Shown one piece after another: positions 8,336 through 14,588 of a stretch of DNA of 14,588 nt (positions are counted from its first letter, which is position 1; every line of letters begins with the position of its first letter). This DNA comes from Leidyana gryllorum EB-2025a. Its lineage: Eukaryota; Protista; Apicomplexa. Both the position numbers and the translations under genes were made by a program. The notes beneath the pieces are model-generated. The model was not told the origin of the DNA and ran no database searches. It was given only the letters and a program-made list of their open reading frames with translations. The DNA is taken from positions 1 through 14,588 of the forward strand of contig JBLWGC010000183.1 of the NCBI GenBank assembly GCA_048772705.1, written 5' to 3'.

Positions 8336-10072
8336 ATGCCAAATCACGTGACCCCAAGTCAAACTTGTGAAGGTCGACCACAGGTTCACAACTACTCACA
8401 ATGCATGGCATAAGCTGACCTCCAACGCAAAGGTGGAGTGCGAAAAACACTCCGAGTGAATCGATAGTCCGCAGTACGGTTGTCGCCGAGCTCGACCGGA
8501 AAGAGCCATCTGAGAGAGTGCTGGCTCAGAGTCTCTCCACACAGCTAGATAGGGAGTACCCCCTATCGCGGCTGGTGATCCATTTGAGAAATATTGGTAA
8601 GCAGAGGGAGACGTTCGTCTCCTTCCTTGCGTAACCAAGGAAAGAACTTTAATTACAATTGATCTGAGCTGGAAGGCCGAGATTGAATTTTTGCTGTCAC
8701 ATTGACTTGAAATACCGTGTGTGCGACACACTCCCAACAGCCTTAGGTGGGAAAAGTTGATGGGAGCCCAACAGATGCAACACTGAGTGAGCACTTAAGG
8801 AACTCGCCAAAAGTGAAGGGCAGCCTACCGCATAGATCATTATTGACATTTCAGCTTTGGCAGAGTCTCTAAGATACGGTAGTCCACCCACCGTGTGACA
8901 TGGCCATGACCTCTTGGGAGGTCAAACTGCTGGAAAACGAGCTGATTTTCAACTGTGATGTCAGTAATGAGACGTCTTTTCTCAATCCAAGTGTTAATGT
9001 GGACAGGATAAGTTATCGGCCTCTGCAGCTCGCGCCGATCGTGGACCTTTCAAAGTTGGGCCGGGTGATTAAGGAGGCGGACAAGGAGGTCAGCGATTCG
9101 GACTGATCTGTGCGTCGAGAAGCCGAATACTTCTCCTCGTTCGGCACAAACGAGACGTCGACAATCGATGAGGCAGACGAAAAGAAGTGGCCTGAGCCGG
9201 AGCATTGGATCGAGCAGGCACTTCCCAGACACTTGAGATGTTCACCGATTATCTATTCACTGACGTGCTGCCAGAATTGACCCCATACCACCGAACTTCC
9301 TTCAGGAGCCGAACAGTTGAAGCGCTGAGAATGTTGACCCTTTCGCCGATGTATCTTGGACTTCATCACAGCCCACGCATTCCGGAGCCCACAATGGCAG
9401 AGAGAATGACCGTACAGCCCGCAGCGGCGTCCTGAGTGGGCAGAGTCCTTTCAGCAGAGAGTTGTTGCAGTTCGAAGCGGTTGACGGGGATACTGCGCGG
9501 ACAGTGTCATACGTCACTGATCTTTCACTGTGTTGAAGAGAGCGCTAATACAGATGTGGGTGGGGTCGACACTTTCGATTGTCCATAAAGAGACTATCGT
9601 CGCCCGCTCCTGTGTACCTCATTGCTGAATATGACTCGAAAGACACTCACTCGCCGGCCGTTCGTCACACTCAGAAGAAGATTGGTGTCTACCTGATTTC
9701 GCCCCCGTTTGTCTCTAAATCCCAGTTATCTGCTGATGTGTCCGGGAACGCCCCGGAAGAGCGACAACTCTTCAAGAACTCATCGCGTCATCTGTGTCGA
9801 CTTATCGCCAAACTCGACGCCGTCGTCTGCCCAGAATGGGGCCACACCGCAATCAGTGTTCCCAATGGACCACAAGTCCGACTGTGCCAATGATTCGACT
9901 GGATGGACGATGGAAGAGGCGCAATGGTGAAGAAATACCCGCAGCTGTACTTAACCACCACAACAGAGTTACGTACGCACCGGAGACCCAATCGGCACCC
10001 CGTTCTGTCGTACGAGGAATAGCCGACATGGATTGTCTCAAATCTATTTGAAAGCTTTTTCGTCATTTACAG
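8336..10072 (+). other. Probable further short exons upstream of gene copy 2; structure unresolved
   Basis: A donor-like TTG/GTAAGC at 8597 is conserved as TTG/GTGAGC at 13625. Several short ORFs are broken at GT..AG-like stretches. I could not build one consistent model. Confidence 0.3.
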
Positions 10073-10117
10073 GTGTGTGACAACTCTCACTTCAAGTACC
10101 TTTGATTGTTTTGAGCG

Positions 10118-11993
10118 ATGACTGTTACCGTCCGCTCACATCGACAGAATGTCCAGCACAACGAGTCCGACAACGCATTGTTGACGACTTTGGTGGCTGC
10201 CGGTAACTTCACAGTGCCCATTGGACCTACAAGCGTGGGGCACAACTTCACAGCCGGGGGCACTGGGGGAGTTATGGCTCCCGTACCCGACGCTCGTCAG
10301 CCAGTGAGGAGAGGATACCGTTGGCAGGTGTTCCCGGGTCAGAAACCAAAGACTGCTCATGAAATTGGGCGACTTGAGAGTCGACAGACGGACAGAATGG
10401 CTGGTGAAGCTTTCCAAACCAAACTTCAGCACACTGCACGAAACTCAACTTTCACTGCTCCGACGGCTGCACGAAACACAACTTCTACCGCGACGATTAT
10501 TGCGCGAAACACAACTTCCACCGCTCCGGGTGGCGACTCCCGTCTTCCCCCAAATCAGCCAGATGCTACAATAACTCCACTCGAAACTTCGCCTGCAGTA
10601 AGGAATTTCAATCTTCGGTCGTTCCAGTTTCGCAGACACATCGCAGTGGCCAGGGTCCTCGGGGCAAGGGACCTCTGTCAGACGTTCTCATCCGGCCGCA
10701 GGTGAATGATCTTTTGATTGTCTGATTGATCCCACATCACAGGAAAGGAAAGAAAGGAGATCGAAGGGCGGTCGAACCCCAGCTAAGAAGCGTGCCCCAG
10801 TAGATGAGAAAGCCGAAGGAGGCGATTCTAACGCCAAATCCTCCGCGAAAGAGGGAAGGGGCCCGAAGAAGGACAGTTCGAGAGGCTCCGAGACGCGCAG
10901 CAAGCGTTCCGCCAAGGCCGTAAGTTTCTGAATAGCATTTCCTCAAATTTGAACTAGCTTTCGGAGGAGGAGGGAGAAACAGTGCAGAAGGATCACGGCG
11001 ATAATTGGGAAGTGTCCTGGGAGGAAGAGATATGGCCGTTCCAAGGCAACAATACACTTTCCCCCGACATTGACGCCGAGCCCATCCGTACTCAGGTGAT
11101 ACAATATGTGGGATTCAGTTGGGAGATTATTCGACTTTGTGCAGTACCAACACCACAAGCTCGTCTCGATGGGCAATCTGACGGCGGATTGGATATCGCA
11201 CAGTGACACGATGCCTTCGGAAAGTATAATGTTCACCGTCATGGATGTTCTCAATCACCTTCCGCTTGAAAGCCAACATAGTGCCATATGGCTTTTTGTT
11301 AACAAGCCGATGGGACTTACGCGCGAAGGAGTGAAGGCCACTCTCTTCCACCGAGCGGCCAACGAAGAACTCTCAGAGGCGCAGCTTCAACAGATGGCCC
11401 AAGATATGTCAGATGTGGAAGACTACGCCTGGCGGCTGAAAACGGATATCAACAGCTGGCTTACAGATCGGGGCGATATACCGCGTTACAAAAAGATGAC
11501 CATCGAGATGATAAGGACACGCACCCTTAACCCGGAAGAAAAGGAGGCCGAGGTGAAGATCCACAAAGACCTCCTCTGTGAGGTGCAGTACCAATCGGGG
11601 GTGAGATCAGAGGTCACAGAACGGTGGGAGGAGGTGAGGGAATTGCCAGAGAACATGCAGCCGGTCCCTATCGCAAAATGTCCAGCTGTTTGTTGGCAGT
11701 ACGCACTCTGGCCTCCTTATGGGGACGGGCTGGATGCGGTAATGGACCGCCCAGCAAGAATGAATTTTTTCGACCTGCTAACTAACCTGCAGGTGATGCT
11801 GCGGGCGCTTCCTGAATGCAAAGATGGTATCAATCCGAGGCCGTGCCCCATTCCACCTGCGCGCACCACTACAACCGAAGCAGCCTCAACTACAGCGACA
11901 GCCGCCTCCTCGGCAGCGACAGCGACTGTCTCTGCGGCTACAGCCGTGTTGTCGGCAGCTGCATCAGCGGTGCTCTCCAGAGTCCTTCCCTAA
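10118..11993 (+). CDS. Uncharacterised multigene-family protein, copy 2; exons 10118-10597, 10636-10701, 10743-10919, 10958-11095, 11145-11993 (569 aa; true 5' end uncertain)
   Basis: Four phase-0 GT-AG introns (38, 41, 38 and 49 nt; donors GTAAGG, GTGAAT, GTAAGT, GTGATA) join the ORF pieces into one stop-free frame: N-x-S/T-rich region, K/R-rich exon (ERKERRSKGGRTPAKKR...), conserved core, T/A/S tail. Confidence 0.75.
10436..10528 (+). repeat. Coding minisatellite, ~3 x 33 bp (ARN[ST]T[FS]TA...)
   Basis: Units start at 10436, 10469 and 10502 (GCRCGAAACWCAACT...); the third is partial. Confidence 0.85.
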
Positions 11994-12670
11994 TTACAGC
12001 GATTGCGGGCTCAAAACTGTCGACTGCAATTTGACTGCTACGAGGGCGTATTGCTCACCCAAATTTGGGAGTTCTGACTACGCCCACTGACAATTGGTGT
12101 GAAAAAACACCTTCGCACCTTAGATTTTCGTGAAACCCCTCAATATTAGATTGCCCTTTTGCAGCTTAGACTCCCGATCAAACGTTTGTAAAGCGATTGG
12201 CTCGATCCATGCCGTTGTCAATTGGCCGTGTCTCCTGATCGCGTCTCGTGACCGCAGGTCGTGCCGTCTTGCGCGATCGAAAGGTATCTTCTCGGAGTGT
12301 CATGCTTGACAGCATGATAGGTGTTGTCAAGGCTGAATCTGTTTTCGCAGCGGCGGGTTGCAAACCGGCCGCAGAGTTGTTCAGGGTGGAGCGGGTGGTC
12401 GTCATTCTCTAAGAGTCGGTCTATGTCTGGGCTCAAATAAACCAAACTGATTCACACAAGTGTGTCTGTGATCCCGTCTCCGTCTGATGCCACCCAGCCA
12501 CAGAGACACAGAAAGTTGGTGGGTCGCTTCTGGCTGGCCGCTGGTAAGCGTAACCACAAATAATTCTTATCACATAGTAGAGTCCAGTGAGATTCAAGGA
12601 TGAACGCCCCACCGAAGTGATCCGTGACCCGAGGAGGCCAATCCTGGAGCACTATCATTCCGTCTGGCAT
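11938..12670 (-). CDS. Candidate spliced minus-strand gene, copy 2, last exon overlapping the plus-strand CDS
   Basis: Open pieces 12452-12670 and 12178-12405. A 35-nt intron at 12058-12024 (GTGAGC...TTGCAG) is conserved with 7519-7485. Last exon 12023-11938 reads DSFEPAIAVIREGLWRAPLMQLPTTRL*. Confidence 0.45.
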
Positions 12671-13397
12671 ACATGGATGCTATGACGGGGGGGCAGCAGA
12701 CCCCGACCACCACGCACCGCTGATATGCCACGAACTCGCAGACTAGCTCCCGTTGTTTCCGTGTCTTACTTGCTCGCAATTGCGTGTGAGTTACTCAAGC
12801 GGCGGATTGCCTGCCATACCTTATTCCCAACCAAGAAACAACGCATTACCCATAATAGACGGCAGGTCCTGAGGACTGATCAGTACCCAAAGAGATGGGA
12901 GACGGCGTCTCCCGAAGTAGGAAGAACACTTCGTGGATGAGGGGATCGAGAGAGAGGAGACTAAGGTCGTGACAGCTCAAACCCTACCCGGTGGCTTTGG
13001 CACGTAAAGCTAAGAAGTGCGCAGGGTGGCGTTACGAGCAGGGAGGAAATTAGGCGGGCTTTCGGTTACCACATCTGCTGCTGCCGACAATCGGGGGTCG
13101 GGGCCGCGAACTCCAGTCTCCCAAGCCTCACCATAGTCCTGATCAGCCAGGTCAGACAGCTCGCTCAACACTCCATAGACTTCGGTAGCGGCAAACTGTT
13201 CCAGTCGGGTGAAGTGGATCTCATATTTTCATCTGGGGATGCGGCTGGCCCGACTACGTGCGGGCACGCAGGAAAGAGAGACGTCGTCTTTCTCTGAGTG
13301 TAAAACGGAGGGATGGTCGAAGAGACAGCAATCGGAGCCACCGCGTTGGTACAAGTCGAGCCGTTCGCAGCAGCCTCGGCGCGGTCGTGTAGCGCTC

Positions 13398-13624
13398 ATG
13401 CCAAATCACAATACTCTAGGTCAAAGTTGGGAGAGCGAACGACCTGAAGGTCAACCACAGGTTCAGGCTCCTCAAAAAGAATGGAAGCAACTGACATCCA
13501 ACGTAGAGGTGGAGTCCGAGAAGGACTCCGAGTCAAGTGATCAACCGCGTCCGCAGTACCATTGTCGCCGAGCTCGACCGGGATTACCCACTAGCGCCGC
13601 TGGTGAACCAGTTGAGAAATATTG
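13398..13624 (+). CDS. Candidate exon of the next tandem unit (MPNHNT...EKY/W), followed by the element B insertion
   Basis: Open frame ending at a GTGAGC donor. Homologous to 8336-8596, where the frame is broken. Confidence 0.3.
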
Positions 13625-13712
13625 GTGAGCCGAGGGAGACAGTTTGCCTTTCCTTGCGTAACCAAGGAATGAATCTGAGTCACAATCGATTTTAGCTGCA
13701 AAGCTGAATATT

Positions 13713-14035
13713 TAATTCGTGATCGGTTCTGCAGGCCGATCAGCGTTCGGAACTGCCGTTAGGTCGACCGTAGGATTTTGATCTTCCTCCTGGTTGCTTG
13801 CCGCCTTGCTCCTTAATCCGTCCTTCGCCATCACGTAGTTTTATTAGTACCACCAGTTCCGTTTGTGCCGAGCACACGCGTGTCTGGATGCCGGTGTCTC
13901 CGTGTCAGCCGGCCCCAATCGTCATATAGATCACCACACATAAAATATAAACAAATAAAAGATGCAAAAGGGGGTTCACTAATCTAGGGTTACAGTACCC
14001 TAACACTTCGTGTCACACAGGGGTTTGACGAATCA
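13713..14035 (-). repeat. 3' LTR of element B copy 2 (323 bp)
   Basis: Identical by eye to 6161-6483 and preceded by the same PPT (14053-14036). Confidence 0.9.
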
Positions 14036-14588
14036 TCCACCTCCACCAACCCCAAATTTTGCAGCTTCGCTCGAATTTCCTTCCTTTGAACCTCCTGGCT
14101 CAAAGCCCTCGACTATTTGCTTCCATTTCACCGTCGGCAGGAGTTCGTAATCCCTGCCCTTCGGGAACACGGGAGGATCAGCCTTCATGATCCTCATAGC
14201 TTCCACAGCTAAACTGGCAGGCACCGATCCTTCCAGCTTGCGGCACAGACGCAGCGGTACCAGCCCCTTCTTCTGGGTGCCGTAGTAATACACCTCGAGC
14301 TGACCCTGCTTCTTCTTGACGACCTTGGCTGGCATACTCCACTTCACGGCATAGGCACCTCTGGCGGCAGCGGTCGGACTACCAGGTCCTCGCCCACTGG
14401 CCGGCAGTTGTGTCAAGACGAGGTCCCCTTCCTTGATTAGCTCCTCCGGGACCGCGATCGCTCGGAAGTCGCCAACACTCTCCTTCATCATTCTCACTGT
14501 CACTCCACCCATCCGGGCTTTCGCCACAGACTCGTCGCTATCCATCCTCCATTCTTGCAGTCCTGGGAGAACCATGTCGAATCCCATC
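14033..14588 (-). CDS. pol: Integrase C-terminal region, 5'-partial
   Basis: 184 aa matching the end of the 4208-6163 ORF except for 2 residues. Confidence 0.92.
   Translation of the reverse strand, partial: MGFDMVLPGLQEWRMDSDESVAKARMGGVTVRMMKESVGDFRAIAVPEELIKEGDLVLTQLPASGRGPGSPTAAARGAYAVKWSMPAKVVKKKQGQLEVYYYGTQKKGLVPLRLCRKLEGSVPASLAVEAMRIMKADPPVFPKGRDYELLPTVKWKQIVEGFEPGGSKEGNSSEAAKFGVGGGG

Larger units (their letters stand above)
6484..13712 (+). repeat. Diverged tandem duplication: 6484-~8685 homologous to 10972-13712 (period ~4.5-5 kb)
   Basis: Collinear anchors: 6484/10972, stop codons 7454/11993, CCGGCCGCAGAGTTGTTCAGGGT ~7800/~12365, ATGCCAAATCAC 8336/13398, TTCCTTGCGTAACCAAGGAA ~8623/~13650. 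Confidence 0.92.
13713..14588 (-). mobile_element. Second copy of Gypsy family B (3' end; continues past the right edge)
   Basis: Reverse complement of 5608-6483. The only differences I saw are two C>A changes (TVTWTQ vs TVKWKQ). Confidence 0.96.

Noticed and set aside
10436-10528. CRISPR-like repeat
   Set aside because: Contiguous in-frame 33-bp coding repeats without spacers, in a eukaryotic context.
6161-14035. TIR DNA transposon, Polinton or composite transposon carrying cargo
   Set aside because: The inverted identity extends outward into integrase. There is no transposase or polB, the repeats are PPT-preceded LTRs, and the left one cuts a host exon.

Overview
Eukaryotic genomic DNA (short 35-49 nt GT-AG introns), made of two Ty3/Gypsy (Metaviridae) LTR retrotransposon families and a tandem array of an uncharacterised host gene family. 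(1) 1-4206, minus strand: intact-looking Gypsy element A. It has a 178-bp 5' LTR, an 18-nt tRNA-iMet-type PBS, gag with a CCHC knuckle, a candidate -1 frameshift, and PR-RT-RH-IN pol running off the left edge. It sits, in opposite orientation, inside pol of (2) Gypsy element B (4207-6483, plus strand: RH-IN, PPT and a 323-bp LTR ending in non-canonical TA). (3) 6484-13712: about 1.6 units of a ~4.5-5 kb tandem repeat. Each unit carries a spliced plus-strand gene with a conserved core and an Ala/Ser/Thr tail; K/R-rich and N-x-S/T-rich exons are seen in the more complete copy. Each unit also appears to carry a convergent minus-strand gene overlapping its 3' end. (4) 13713-14588, minus strand: a second, near-identical copy of element B, so the host array is bracketed by an inverted repeat of at least 876 bp. 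The host cannot be determined without a search. From memory the paralogs resemble gregarine (apicomplexan) multigene-family proteins, but this is unverified. All alignments and gene models were made by eye.
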